NCBI GenBank assembly: GCA_036262835.1 | Contig: DATAID010000003.1 | Span: forward strand, 34,328 to 98,327 | Length of the DNA: 64,000 nt | Direction of reading: 5' to 3' | Origin: Burkholderiales bacterium | Lineage (GTDB): Bacteria; Pseudomonadota; Gammaproteobacteria; Burkholderiales; SG8-39 | Shown: piece after piece, positions 26,119 through 41,721 of the stretch | How positions within the stretch are numbered: the stretch's first letter is position 1 | How the letters are laid out: every line of letters begins with the position of its first letter | Made by a program: the position numbers and the translations under genes | Notes under the pieces: model-generated | Database searches by the model: none | Seen by the model: the letters and a program-made list of their open reading frames with translations, nothing else | What the model was told of the DNA's origin: nothing

Positions 26119-26266
26119 TGCCTTACCTATCTATATGAAAGTAAAGGATAAATAGCATCCCGGATGGGCCATATCCCGGCGTAACCTCCCCGCGGTAGAA
26201 TCCGCCCCCATCATCCTCTTCGGCCCGGGCACCCCCAGGCCGTTTTCGTTTCAGGAGCAAAGCTAG

Positions 26267-28101
<1,835 letters not shown>

Positions 28102-28105
<4 letters not shown>

Positions 28106-29334
28106 GCGCGCGCCGGCAGCCTCAGCAGTCTTAACGCAAGCAGTCCGGCCGCGACCGAAAGGGCCGCGGCGGCGCCGAGCGCCCAGCTCGAGCGCCCGTA
28201 TTCGAGCAGAAAGCCCCCGAGGGTCAGGCCCAGGCTCACCCCGGCAAGCAAGGCGGTCGATGACCACGTGAACGCCTCGGTCGAGTGCTCCGGGCGCGAG
28301 CGCTTGGCTACCAGCATCGCCTGCATGATGAGCGCGGGCGACATGGCGAGGCCTGCGGGCAGGCACCAGAGCAGGAACATCCAGTCGGCCTGGAGCGCCG
28401 CGAGCGGCGCGACGCCCAGACCCATGACTGCAAGGGCGAGCGGAAACTGGCGCGCGAGCGGCAATCCCCAGCTGCGGCTTCCGTAAACCAGGCCGCCTGC
28501 GGCGCTGCTCACGCTCATGATGCCGAGGAGCACGCCGGCAAACGCCGGGCGGCCGAGCTCGGCGGCATACGCCATCGTCCCGATCTCAACGAGGCCGAAA
28601 GCGCCCGCGTAGCAAACGACGACCGCAAGCAACGGCCCGAATCCAGGCTCGGCGAGCGGCCCGAAGAGGCTCGCGGGACGGCGCGGCTCGATACGCCATT
28701 CGGCGAGCGCGCGCGAGCCACGGAAGAGCAGCGTGCCGGCGAAGCCGCAGGCCGCCGCGAACGCGACCGCTGCCGCAGGTGAGAGCACGGCGACGAAAAA
28801 GGCGACCAGGAGCGGTCCGACGATGAAGATCGTCTCGATCAGCACCGACTCGAGGGAATAGGCCGCCGCGAGCAGCGCGTCGTCTTTCAGGCGCTGCTTG
28901 AGGAAGGTACGCATGCACACCGTGATTGGCGGAAAGCTCGCGCCCGCGGCAATCGCGAGCGCGGCGGCAATCCACGGATGGCCGCCTGCATGCAAAGCCG
29001 CGATCAACGCGAGGAGCGACGCCGGGAACGCGAACGCGCATGCGAGCAAAAGATGACGTGGACCGCGCCGGTCGATCAAACGCCCGAGCGCGGGGGCGAG
29101 GACCGCGAGGCCGAGCGTGTAGCACGCCGCGACACTGCCGCCGCGCGCGAAGGAGTCGCTCACCGACTGGGCGAGCATGAGAATGGCGAGGCCGGTGATG
29201 CCGATCGGCAATCGGCCCAGAAACGAGGCGCCGATTGAGGAGCGGAGCGTCGGCTGCGCGAGCAGGGCGCTGTAACGGGCGAGCGAAATCAAGGAACCCG
29301 CGAACCAGGAGGGGAAGGGCCGGCATTGTCGCAT
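28102..29334 (-). CDS. MFS transporter
   Basis: 410 aa, about 12 predicted hydrophobic helices, with an MFS-like loop ([10 protein letters not shown]). Confidence 0.8.
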
Positions 29335-29378
29335 GGCTGCGCGGGATGCTGCGTCGCAGCATACGGCTAAGTTGCCGT

Positions 29379-29394
29379 TGTTCCACGTGAAACA
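29379..29394. promoter_or_regulatory. parS centromere-like site TGTTCCACGTGAAACA
   Basis: 16/16 match to the ParB/Spo0J consensus TGTTNCACGTGAAACA. Lies 2.5 kb upstream of parAB. Confidence 0.8.
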
Positions 29395-29417
29395 TCGCTA
29401 GCGGACATCGGGCGGCT

Positions 29418-29433
29418 GGTTTCACGTGGAACA
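29418..29433. promoter_or_regulatory. Second parS-like site GGTTTCACGTGGAACA (inverted copy of the first, 15/16)
   Basis: Reverse complement of site 1 except for its first base. 23-nt spacer between the sites. Confidence 0.7.
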
Positions 29434-29461
29434 TTCACGTATCATGCGGCCGCTTCTTCAA

Positions 29462-31303
29462 ATGCAATTTCCGACTGAATTCGATGTGATCGTGGTGGGC
29501 GGCGGCCACGCCGGCACCGAGGCCGCGCTCGCTTCCGCGCGCTCAGGCGCGCGAACCCTCTTGCTCACGCATAGCCTGGAGACCCTGGGCCAGATGTCCT
29601 GCAACCCGTCCATCGGCGGAATCGGCAAGGGGCACTTGGTGAAGGAGATCGACGCTCTGGGCGGGGCCATGGCGCTTGCCACGGACGAAGCCGGCATTCA
29701 ATTCCGCACCCTGAATTCTTCCAAGGGACCTGCGGTGCGCGCGACGCGAGCGCAAGCCGATCGCCTGCTCTACAAGGCGGCGATCCGGCGGCGCTTGGAG
29801 CGCCAGGCAAACCTGACCCTTTTCCAGCAGGCCGTCGACGACATCCTGGTCGAAGGGGACCGGGCAGTGGGGGTGCTCACCCAAGTCGGCATCCGCCTCC
29901 GGGGCCGCGCGGTGGTTCTGACCACCGGCACCTTCCTTTCCGGGCTCGTCCATGTGGGCTTGCAGAGCTATCCGGCCGGTCGGGCAGGGGACCCTGCCGC
30001 AGTGACCCTCGCCGCGCGCTTGCGGGAGATGAAACTTCCAGTCGGGCGCCTAAAGACTGGAACGCCCCCGCGACTTGACGGCAAGACCATCGACTTCTCG
30101 GTCCTCGAGCGCCAGCCCGGCGACTCGCCCGAGCCCGTTTTCTCCTTCCTCGGCCGGCGCACGATGCACCCAGAGCAGCTGCCCTGCTGGGTCACGCATA
30201 CCAACGAGCGCAGCCACGAGATCATCCGCAAGGGGCTTGATCGCTCGCCCATGTTCACGGGGATCATCCAGGGCGTCGGGCCGCGCTACTGTCCCTCGGT
30301 CGAGGACAAGATCCACCGGTTCGCGAGCAAGTCGAGCCATCAGATCTTTCTCGAGCCCGAGGGGCTGACGACGACCGAGATCTACCCGAACGGAATTTCG
30401 ACCAGCCTGCCGTTCGATGTGCAGCTTGAGCTCGTGCGCTCGATCCGGGGCTTGGAGAACGCGCACATTCTGCGCCCCGGCTACGCCATCGAGTACGACT
30501 ACTTCGATCCGCGCCAGCTGCGTGCCTCTCTCGAAACAAAATTGGTCGCTGGCCTCTTCTTCGCGGGGCAGATCAACGGCACGACCGGGTACGAAGAGGC
30601 GGCCGCGCAAGGCCTGCTCGCGGGACTTAACGCCGCGCGCCTCGTGCGCGGCGAACCCGCCTGGTGCCCGCGCCGGGACGAGGCGTACCTGGGGGTTCTC
30701 GTTGACGATCTGATCACTCGGGGCGTGAGCGAGCCGTACCGCATGTTCACGAGCCGGGCGGAGTACCGCCTGATGCTGCGCGAGGACAATGCGGACCTGC
30801 GCCTCACCGAAGCGGGCCGCAGACTCGGACTGGTGGACGACGAGCGCTGGAATGCTTTCAGCCGAAAACGCGACGCGATCGTGCGGGAGACCGAACGGTT
30901 GCGCGCGACCCGAAGCGGCAGCCACTCGCTGTACGAACTGCTGCGCCGGCCCGAGGTAAGTTATGAGTCACTTCCGGCAAAAGCCGCAGCAGAATTGGAC
31001 GATGAGGTGACCCAGCAGGTCGAGATTCAGGCGAAGTACGAGGGCTACATCGACCGACAGCAAGCGGAAGTCGGCCGGCGCGAAGCGCAGGAATCCGCTC
31101 GGCTCCCAGAAGGGCTCGATTACGACAGCGTCCGCGGCCTCTCGAACGAAGTGCGCCAGAAACTCGCGCAGCAGCGGCCCGAAACCATCGGACAGGCCGC
31201 CCGCATTTCCGGGGTGACGCCGGCGGCGATTTCGCTCCTGCTCGTGCATCTGAAGCGCACCTCGAAGAAGCCGCAGGGAACGGGGCACAAGAAAACGGCA
31301 TGA
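29462..31303 (+). CDS. mnmG: tRNA uridine 5-carboxymethylaminomethyl modification enzyme MnmG (GidA)
   Basis: [22 protein letters not shown]... Start taken at ATG 29462, because the track start (GTG 29426) lies inside parS site 2. Confidence 0.93.
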   Translation: MQFPTEFDVIVVGGGHAGTEAALASARSGARTLLLTHSLETLGQMSCNPSIGGIGKGHLVKEIDALGGAMALATDEAGIQFRTLNSSKGPAVRATRAQADRLLYKAAIRRRLERQANLTLFQQAVDDILVEGDRAVGVLTQVGIRLRGRAVVLTTGTFLSGLVHVGLQSYPAGRAGDPAAVTLAARLREMKLPVGRLKTGTPPRLDGKTIDFSVLERQPGDSPEPVFSFLGRRTMHPEQLPCWVTHTNERSHEIIRKGLDRSPMFTGIIQGVGPRYCPSVEDKIHRFASKSSHQIFLEPEGLTTTEIYPNGISTSLPFDVQLELVRSIRGLENAHILRPGYAIEYDYFDPRQLRASLETKLVAGLFFAGQINGTTGYEEAAAQGLLAGLNAARLVRGEPAWCPRRDEAYLGVLVDDLITRGVSEPYRMFTSRAEYRLMLREDNADLRLTEAGRRLGLVDDERWNAFSRKRDAIVRETERLRATRSGSHSLYELLRRPEVSYESLPAKAAAELDDEVTQQVEIQAKYEGYIDRQQAEVGRREAQESARLPEGLDYDSVRGLSNEVRQKLAQQRPETIGQAARISGVTPAAISLLLVHLKRTSKKPQGTGHKKTA

Positions 31304-31926
31304 CGCCGCGCGCCGCGCTCGATCGCGGGCTCGGCGAATTGGCGCTCGCGCTTCCCGCGGGCACAGGGGACAGGCTGATCGCTTATCTGGAGCTGCTCGC
31401 CAAGTGGAACAAGACCTACAACCTCACCGCGGTCCGCGATCCGCTCCAGGCGATCAGCGTTCACCTGCTCGATTCGCTCGCGGTGCTGCGCGAGCTGCCC
31501 GCCGGATCACTCGCCGACGTGGGCTCGGGCGGCGGGCTGCCGGGTATCCCGCTCGCCATTGCGGACCCCGCGCGACAGATCACCGTCAATGACGCGAACG
31601 CGAAGAAGGGCGCTTTCCTGCGCCAGGCTGTCATCGAGCTCGGCCTCGCCAATGTGCGGGTGCACGTCGGGCGCGTGGAGGAATGGCATCCAGGGGAGCC
31701 TTTCGAGGTGGTGATCAGCCGCGGTTTTTCGAGCCTCGCCGATTTCGTCGACTCCTGTCGGCATCTGCTCGCGCCTACGGGTGTTCTTGCGGCGATGAAG
31801 GGCGAGTACCCGCGCGAGGAGATCGCGGCGCTGCCGGCGGCGTGGGAGAGAAGCGAGGTGCGCAAGCTGCGCGTGCCGCGGCTCGAAGCCGAGCGTCATC
31901 TCGTCCTTCTCAGGGCGAGCGGCTGA
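31300..31926 (+). CDS. rsmG: 16S rRNA (guanine527-N7)-methyltransferase RsmG (GidB)
   Basis: [13 protein letters not shown]...[25 protein letters not shown] overlap with mnmG. Confidence 0.93.
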   Translation: MTPRAALDRGLGELALALPAGTGDRLIAYLELLAKWNKTYNLTAVRDPLQAISVHLLDSLAVLRELPAGSLADVGSGGGLPGIPLAIADPARQITVNDANAKKGAFLRQAVIELGLANVRVHVGRVEEWHPGEPFEVVISRGFSSLADFVDSCRHLLAPTGVLAAMKGEYPREEIAALPAAWERSEVRKLRVPRLEAERHLVLLRASG

Positions 31927-31927
31927 A

Positions 31928-32689
31928 ATGGCGCGCATCCTTGCAGTCGCGAACCAGAAGGGCGGCGTCGGCAAGACGACCACGAGCGTGAACCTTGCGG
32001 CGGAGCTCGCGCAATCCGGCCGGCGCGTGCTGCTCGTCGATCTGGATCCGCAGGGCAACGCGACGATGGGCAGCGGCGTCGACAAGCGAAAACTCGAGCG
32101 CACGATCTATCACGTGCTGCTCGGGCTGGGCGAGGCGGCCAACATTCGCGTGCGCGCCGCCAGCGGCTTCGATCTGATTCCTGCCAACCGGGAGCTCGCC
32201 GGGGCGGAAGTGGAGCTCGTCGACCTGCCCAACCGCGAAGGGCGCCTGCGCGCGGCGCTCGAGAGCATCGGGGCCGACTACGATTTCATTCTGATCGACT
32301 GCCCGCCCTCGCTCAGCCTTCTCACCGTCAACGCTTTCGCCGCGGCCGAGCAGGTCCTCATTCCGATGCAATGCGAGTACTACGCCCTGGAAGGCCTCTC
32401 GGACCTCGTCGGCACGATCAAGCGCGTGCGCGGCAACCTGAATCCGCGCCTCGAGATCGCGGGGCTTCTGCGCACCATGTTCGATCCGCGCAACACGCTC
32501 GCGCATCAGGTCTCGCAGCAGCTCGAGGAGCATTTCGGCGACAAGGTCTACCGCACGCTCGTGCCGCGCAATGTGCGACTGGCCGAGGCGCCGAGCTTCG
32601 GGGCGCCGGCCGTGGTGTGGGATCGCTCCTCCAAAGGCGCGCAGGCATACGTGGCTCTCGCCGAGGAAATCCTGAAGGGAATCCCATGA
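31928..32689 (+). CDS. parA: Chromosome partitioning ATPase ParA (Soj)
   Basis: Deviant Walker A (KGGVGKTTT), LLVDLDPQGNAT. Confidence 0.95.
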   Translation: MARILAVANQKGGVGKTTTSVNLAAELAQSGRRVLLVDLDPQGNATMGSGVDKRKLERTIYHVLLGLGEAANIRVRAASGFDLIPANRELAGAEVELVDLPNREGRLRAALESIGADYDFILIDCPPSLSLLTVNAFAAAEQVLIPMQCEYYALEGLSDLVGTIKRVRGNLNPRLEIAGLLRTMFDPRNTLAHQVSQQLEEHFGDKVYRTLVPRNVRLAEAPSFGAPAVVWDRSSKGAQAYVALAEEILKGIP

Positions 32690-33531
32690 ACAAGCCCAAG
32701 GGACTAGGTCGCGGTTTGGATGCGCTGCTCGGCGGGGACGAGACGCCCCGCCGCGACGCTTCGGCAACCCTGCCCGTCAACGCAATCCGGCCCGGCAAAT
32801 ACCAGCCGCGCACGCGCATGGACGAGCAGGCCCTTGCGGAGCTCTCCGCCTCGATCAAGGCGCAGGGCCTGGTGCAGCCGGTGCTGGTCAGACCGGTGAA
32901 CGGCGGGCCCGAGCGTTATGAACTCATCGCCGGCGAGCGCCGTTGGCGCGCCGCACAGATGGCCGGCCTCACGGAGATTCCCGCGCTCGTGCGAGAGGTC
33001 CCGGACAACGCAGCGCTCGCCATGTCCCTCATCGAGAACATCCAGCGCGAGGACCTGAATCCGATCGAAGAGGCCGCGGGCGTGCAGCGACTCGTGGAGG
33101 AGTTCCGCATGACGCACGAGCAGGCGGCCGACTCGGTCGGGCGCTCGCGAAGCGCGACGACCAACCTGCTCAGGCTGCTCAAGCTCGCCAAACCGGTGCA
33201 GGCGATGCTCCTTCAAGGCGCGCTCGAGATGGGACACGCGCGCGCGCTCCTGTCGCTCGAGCCGGCGCGCCAGATCGAGGCCGCGAATCGCATCGTCGCG
33301 CGGCGCCTGTCGGTCCGCGAAAGCGAAGCGCTCGCCGCACGCCTCGTGCGCGCCCCGGCCGGGCGGCGCAGGCCGCGCCCGGATCGCGATCTCGAGCGGC
33401 TCGAAGAGGAAATCTCGCAGCGCCTGGGGACGACGGTGCAGATCCGCCCGGGCCGCAAGGGCAGCGGCACGATCCTCGTTCGCTACGCGGGCCTCGACCA
33501 TCTCGAGCAGCTTTTGAAGAAATTGCGCTGA
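32686..33531 (+). CDS. parB: Chromosome partitioning protein ParB (Spo0J)
   Basis: Starts MNKPKGLGRGLDALL (ATG 32686, ATGA overlap with parA). ParB box GERRWRAA and an HTH region. The track ORF begins too early. Confidence 0.93.
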   Translation: MNKPKGLGRGLDALLGGDETPRRDASATLPVNAIRPGKYQPRTRMDEQALAELSASIKAQGLVQPVLVRPVNGGPERYELIAGERRWRAAQMAGLTEIPALVREVPDNAALAMSLIENIQREDLNPIEEAAGVQRLVEEFRMTHEQAADSVGRSRSATTNLLRLLKLAKPVQAMLLQGALEMGHARALLSLEPARQIEAANRIVARRLSVRESEALAARLVRAPAGRRRPRPDRDLERLEEEISQRLGTTVQIRPGRKGSGTILVRYAGLDHLEQLLKKLR

Positions 33532-33573
33532 TCGAAACTCACCGCCTATTGCACTGCAACACGTTGACCCCAA

Positions 33574-33963
33574 GTGCCCCTAACGAATACAATTTCTAGG
33601 CCGATACGCGTCGTTTTGAGCTGGCAATTGGCGGTGACTGCCGCCTTGACGCTGTTGGCCGGAGTGGTGGCGGGCGCGCATGGAGCGCTCTCCGCAGCCT
33701 TGGGAGGCGCGGTGAGCTTGTGCGCAGGCTGGTCCTCCGCGGTAGTTGCCGCAAAGGGGAAAGCGTCCGCAGGAAAAGTCAGTGCGGGGGGGATCCTGTT
33801 CGGAGCACTGCGCGCCGAGGGCGTGAAACTCGGCGTGATGCTCGTCATGCTCGGGATCGCGTTTGCCGCCTATGAGCAGATGGTGGCGGCGGCATTTCTG
33901 GGGACGTTCGTGGCGACAGCGGTGATTTTTTCAATGGCGTTCTTCGTGCGCGAGTACAACTAG
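33574..33963 (+). CDS. atpI: ATP synthase protein I
   Basis: 129-aa hydrophobic protein directly upstream of atpB; GTG start. Confidence 0.75.
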   Translation: MPLTNTISRPIRVVLSWQLAVTAALTLLAGVVAGAHGALSAALGGAVSLCAGWSSAVVAAKGKASAGKVSAGGILFGALRAEGVKLGVMLVMLGIAFAAYEQMVAAAFLGTFVATAVIFSMAFFVREYN

Positions 33964-33974
33964 CAAGCCTGGCG

Positions 33975-35115
<1,141 letters not shown>

Positions 35116-35154
35116 AGCGGCGCTAAGAAAAAATCGGCTTCCCGAGAGGGCGTC

Positions 35155-35625
35155 ATGAACATCAACGCAACGCTGTTCGCGCAGGCGATTGTTTTTTTCC
35201 TGTTCATCTTCATCACCATCCGGTACATCTGGCCGATGATGCAGCAGGCAATCGACGCGCGGCAGAAGACGATCGCCGACGGCCTTGCGGCGGCCGAGCA
35301 GGGCAAGAAGTCGCTCGAGACCTCCGCCCGGCAGGCGGACGAGGCGATCAAGGAAGCGCGCGGCCGGGCGGCGGAGATCGTCGGCCAGGCCGAGAAGCGC
35401 GCCGCCCAGGTGATCGAGGAAGCGAAGGCCACCGCGAAGGCCGAGGGCGATCGCGAGAAAGCCGCCGCCAAGGCCGACATCGAGCAGGCCGTGACGCGTG
35501 CGCGCGAGCAACTGCGCGAGCAGGTGGCCGCGCTTGCGGTGGCGGGCGCCGAGAAGATCCTGCGCCGCGAAGTGGACGCGAAAGCGCATTCCGATCTGCT
35601 AGACGGCATCAAGAAGCAGCTCTAA
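35155..35625 (+). CDS. atpF: F0F1 ATP synthase subunit b
   Basis: 156 aa with an N-terminal TM then a long charged coiled coil. Confidence 0.9.
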   Translation: MNINATLFAQAIVFFLFIFITIRYIWPMMQQAIDARQKTIADGLAAAEQGKKSLETSARQADEAIKEARGRAAEIVGQAEKRAAQVIEEAKATAKAEGDREKAAAKADIEQAVTRAREQLREQVAALAVAGAEKILRREVDAKAHSDLLDGIKKQL

Positions 35626-35649
35626 CCCAGACAAGGCGCCGGAAAACAC

Positions 35650-36186
35650 GTGGCCGAACCCAGCACCATCGCCCGTCCCTACGCGGAGGCCGCCTTCAGG
35701 CTGGCCGATTCGCAGGGCAAGCTCGCCGAGTGGTCGGCGATGCTCGGCAGCCTGGCCACCGTGGCGGCCGATGCCCGCGTGCGCTCGGCAGTCGGCGATC
35801 CGAATCTGTCGGCCGCCAAGGTGGCCGGCCTGTTCATCTCGATTCTCTCGGGCAGGCTCTCGGGGGACGCGGAGAACTTCGTGCGCGTGCTGGCCGAGAA
35901 CGGGCGGCTCGACGTCGTCAGCGAAATACGCGACCAGTATGACGCGCTCAAGAACGCGCGCGAGGGTGTCGTCGAGGCGGAAGTGATCTCCGCGTTCGAG
36001 ATGGAGCAGGCGCAGATCGCCGACCTGGTGGGGCGGCTGGAGAAGAAGACCGGCCGCAAGGTGAAGGCGAAGGTGAGCGTCGACAAGTCGCTCATCGGCG
36101 GGATCAAGGTGATCATCGGCGACAAGGTCATCGATGGCTCGGCACGCGCGCAACTGGGCGCGCTCGAGATCGCACTGAAAGCATAG
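35650..36186 (+). CDS. atpH: F0F1 ATP synthase subunit delta
   Basis: 178 aa OSCP-like protein (ARPYAEAAF...); operon position. Confidence 0.9.
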   Translation: MAEPSTIARPYAEAAFRLADSQGKLAEWSAMLGSLATVAADARVRSAVGDPNLSAAKVAGLFISILSGRLSGDAENFVRVLAENGRLDVVSEIRDQYDALKNAREGVVEAEVISAFEMEQAQIADLVGRLEKKTGRKVKAKVSVDKSLIGGIKVIIGDKVIDGSARAQLGALEIALKA

Positions 36187-36213
36187 AAGCAGGACGCTCA
36201 AGGAGCCTTACCC

Positions 36214-37761
36214 ATGCAGCTCAATCCCTCCGAAATTTCGGAACTGATCAAGAGCCGGATCCAGAACCTGGATGCCGGCGCGCAAATGCGCACGCAGGGC
36301 ACGGTCGTGTCCGTGACCGACGGCATCTGCCGCGTCCACGGCCTATCCGACGTCATGCAAGGCGAGATGCTCGAGTTCCCGAACAACACCTTCGGCCTCG
36401 CGCTCAACCTCGAGCGCGACTCGGTCGGCGCCGTGATCCTGGGCGAATACGAGCACATCACCGAGGGCGACACGGTCAAGTGCACCGGCAAGATCCTCTC
36501 GGTGCCGATCGGCCCGGAGCTGCTCGGCCGGGTGGTCAATTCGCTAGGCGCGCCGATCGACGGCAAGGGCCCGATCAACGCCAAGCTCACCGACGTGATC
36601 GAGAAGGTCGCGCCGGGCGTGATCGCGCGCCAGTCGGTATCGCAGCCGGTGCAGACGGGTCTCAAGGCGATCGACGCGATGGTGCCGATCGGCCGTGGCC
36701 AGCGCGAGCTGATCATCGGCGATCGCCAGACCGGCAAGACCGCGGTGGCGGTGGACACCATCATCAACCAGAAGGGCAAGGATCTCTTCTGTGTCTATGT
36801 CGCGATCGGCCAAAAAGCCTCGACCATCGCCAACGTGGTGAGGAAGCTGGAAGAGCACGGCGCGATGGCCTACACGATCGTCGTGGCGGCCTCGGCGTCC
36901 GAGTCGGCGGCGATGCAGTTCATCGCGCCCTACTCGGGCTGCACCATGGGCGAGTATTTCCGCGACCGCGGCCAGGACGCGCTCATCATCTACGACGACC
37001 TGACCAAGCAGGCCTGGGCCTATCGCCAGGTGTCGCTGCTCCTGCGCCGCCCGCCGGGCCGCGAAGCCTATCCGGGCGACGTGTTCTACCTGCACTCGCG
37101 GCTGCTCGAGCGCGCGGCGCGCGTGAATCCCGAATACGTCGAGAAGTTCACCAAGGGCGCCGTCAAGGGGAAGACCGGCTCGCTCACCGCGCTGCCGGTG
37201 ATCGAGACGCAGGCGGGCGACGTGACCGCGTTCGTGCCGACGAACGTCATCTCGATCACCGACGGCCAGATCTTCCTCGAGACCGATCTCTTCAACGCGG
37301 GCATCCGGCCCGCGATCAACGCCGGCATCTCGGTGTCGCGGGTGGGGGGCGCCGCGCAAACCAAGATCATGAAGCGGCGCGATACCGGCGGCGGCGTGCG
37401 GCTTGCGCTCGCGCAGTACCGCGAGCTCGCCGCGTTCGCGCAGTTCGCGAGCGACCTGGACGAGGCCACGCGCAAGCAGCTCGAGCTCGGGCGCATGGTG
37501 ACCGAGCTGATGAAGCAGCCGCAATACCACCCTTTGCAGGTATGGGAGATGGCGCTCACGCTGTTTGCGGTGAACAACGGTTTCTTCAACGATATCGACG
37601 TCAAGAAAGCGCTCGCCGCCGAGCGCTCCATGCGCGACTACGTCAAGAGCAAGTACGCCGAGCTCATCAGGCGCATCGAGGAGAAGAATGAGCTCGCGGG
37701 CGACGACGAAAAGGCGCTCAAGGACGCGATCGCCGACTGGAAGAAGAACGGGTCGTACTGA
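36214..37761 (+). CDS. atpA: F0F1 ATP synthase subunit alpha
   Basis: P-loop GDRQTGKT; 515 aa. Confidence 0.97.
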   Translation: MQLNPSEISELIKSRIQNLDAGAQMRTQGTVVSVTDGICRVHGLSDVMQGEMLEFPNNTFGLALNLERDSVGAVILGEYEHITEGDTVKCTGKILSVPIGPELLGRVVNSLGAPIDGKGPINAKLTDVIEKVAPGVIARQSVSQPVQTGLKAIDAMVPIGRGQRELIIGDRQTGKTAVAVDTIINQKGKDLFCVYVAIGQKASTIANVVRKLEEHGAMAYTIVVAASASESAAMQFIAPYSGCTMGEYFRDRGQDALIIYDDLTKQAWAYRQVSLLLRRPPGREAYPGDVFYLHSRLLERAARVNPEYVEKFTKGAVKGKTGSLTALPVIETQAGDVTAFVPTNVISITDGQIFLETDLFNAGIRPAINAGISVSRVGGAAQTKIMKRRDTGGGVRLALAQYRELAAFAQFASDLDEATRKQLELGRMVTELMKQPQYHPLQVWEMALTLFAVNNGFFNDIDVKKALAAERSMRDYVKSKYAELIRRIEEKNELAGDDEKALKDAIADWKKNGSY

Positions 37762-37770
37762 GCTGATCCC

Positions 37771-40076
<2,306 letters not shown>

Positions 40077-40080
40077 GCGC

Positions 40081-40506
40081 ATGGCCGCCGCCACCATCCA
40101 CGTTGACGTCGTCAGCGCCGAAGAGGCGATCTACTCGGGCGAAGCCGAGTTCGTCGTCCTGCCGGGTGAAGCGGGCGAGCTCGGCATCTATCCCCGGCAT
40201 ATCCCGCTCATCACGCGCATCAAGCCTGGTGCCGTGCGCATCATGCCGGCCGGCGGCGGCGAGGAGCAGTTGATCTTCGTCGCGGGCGGCATTCTCGAGG
40301 TCCAACCGAAGGTGATCACCGTGCTCGCCGATACCGCCATCCGGGGCGCCGACCTCGACGAAGCGAAGGCGAGCGAGGCGCTGCAGAAGGCCAAGGACGC
40401 AATGGCGAAAGCGCAGGACAAGGCCGAGATCGCGACGCTACAGGGCGAGTTCGCGATGATGGCCGCCCAGATCGCCGCCATCCGCAAGCTGCGCAAGTCC
40501 AAATGA
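40081..40506 (+). CDS. atpC: F0F1 ATP synthase subunit epsilon
   Basis: [40 protein letters not shown]. Confidence 0.93.
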   Translation: MAAATIHVDVVSAEEAIYSGEAEFVVLPGEAGELGIYPRHIPLITRIKPGAVRIMPAGGGEEQLIFVAGGILEVQPKVITVLADTAIRGADLDEAKASEALQKAKDAMAKAQDKAEIATLQGEFAMMAAQIAAIRKLRKSK

Positions 40507-41717
40507 ACGACCGCGCGAGGCCGAATCGCGGCTGGCTCGAGGCCGCGCAGGCCGTGCAGGCCGAGACGGTCAAGCTGCGCCGCGCGATCCACGCCGAGCC
40601 GGAGCTCGGGTTGCAAACGCCGAAGACGATGGCGAAGGTGCGTGCGGCGCTCGCCGACCTGTCCCTGGAATGGAAAACCGGCAAATCGACCACCGGCGCG
40701 GTCGCGATCCTGCGCGGAGGACGGCCTGGCCGCACGGTGCTCCTGCGCGGCGACATGGACGCACTGCCCATGCCTGAGGACACCGGCCTCGCGTTCAGCT
40801 CGACGGTCGCGAACACCATGCACGCCTGCGGGCACGACACGCATACCGCGATGCTCGCCTCGGCGGCGCGCCTGATGAGCGCGCGGCGCGACTCGCTCGC
40901 CGGGACCGTGCTCTTCATGTTCCAGCCCGGCGAAGAAGGCCATCACGGCGCACGCTTCATGATGGAGGACGGCCTGCTCAGCGACCCTGCGCCCGAGGCG
41001 GCATTCGCGCTGCATATTTATCCGAACGCGCCGGCAGGCGTTTTCGGCTCGAGACCAGGGCCGCTGCTTGCCTCCGCAGATCGGATCATGGTCGACGTGC
41101 GCGGCAAGGGCGGGCACGCCTCGATGCCGCACGACGCCATCGACCCGGTGCCGGTCGCCTGCGAGATCGTCACCGCCATGCAGGTGTTCATCACTCGGCG
41201 CATCGACATCTTCGATCCGGCGGTGGTGACGATAGCGAAAATCGAGAGCGGCTCGACCAACAACGTGATTCCGGAGAGCGCGAGCCTGCTCGGCACCATC
41301 CGCACGCAGTCGGAAGCGGCGCGCGAGCGCGTGCACGCGGGTCTCAAGCGCGTGGCGGAGAACGTGGCGCGGGCGCATGAGTGCGAGGCGGAAGTCAAAA
41401 TCGAGCGCGGCTTTCCGGTCACCGTCTGCGATCCGCGGGCCTTCGCGCTTGCCCAGCAGACGATCGGCGAGCTCTTCGGCGCCCAATCCTGGCTGACGAT
41501 GGCCTCGCCACTGATGGGCGCGGAGGATTTTTCCTACGTCCTGCAAAAGACGCCCGGCGCGATGCTCTTCCTCGGCGTTTGCCCGGAGGGACAGATGTGG
41601 AAGAGCGCCTGCCCGTGCCACTCCAACCGCATGGTGCTGAACGAGGCCATGCTCTCGCGCGGCGTCGCCGCGCACTGCGCAATCGCCGAGAATTACCTGG
41701 AGCGCGGTTTCGCCTGA
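40503..41717 (+). CDS. M20D-family amidohydrolase (N-acyl-amino-acid/hippurate hydrolase-like)
   Basis: [34 protein letters not shown] overlap with the atpC stop. Confidence 0.85.
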   Translation: MNDRARPNRGWLEAAQAVQAETVKLRRAIHAEPELGLQTPKTMAKVRAALADLSLEWKTGKSTTGAVAILRGGRPGRTVLLRGDMDALPMPEDTGLAFSSTVANTMHACGHDTHTAMLASAARLMSARRDSLAGTVLFMFQPGEEGHHGARFMMEDGLLSDPAPEAAFALHIYPNAPAGVFGSRPGPLLASADRIMVDVRGKGGHASMPHDAIDPVPVACEIVTAMQVFITRRIDIFDPAVVTIAKIESGSTNNVIPESASLLGTIRTQSEAARERVHAGLKRVAENVARAHECEAEVKIERGFPVTVCDPRAFALAQQTIGELFGAQSWLTMASPLMGAEDFSYVLQKTPGAMLFLGVCPEGQMWKSACPCHSNRMVLNEAMLSRGVAAHCAIAENYLERGFA

Positions 41718-41721
41718 GTCG

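Noticed and set aside
26134-26156. A shared TATGAAAG...AAATAGC motif between the pckG upstream island and the AT-rich patch at 58144-58169, considered as a true repeated element
   Set aside because: The two short AT-rich words have different spacing (8 versus 11 nt). With only two occurrences this may be coincidence between the only two strongly AT-rich stretches. It is mentioned but not called as a feature.
26215-26252. Possible intrinsic terminator after mnmE (GGCC...GGCC followed by GTTTTCGTTTC)
   Set aside because: The stem is only about 4 bp with a 12-nt loop, too weak to call.
29335-29461. oriC in the MFS-mnmG spacer (by analogy with gidA-linked origins)
   Set aside because: The spacer contains the parS pair and a palindrome but no convincing DnaA box. 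The best candidate is 6/9, and it is embedded in parS itself.
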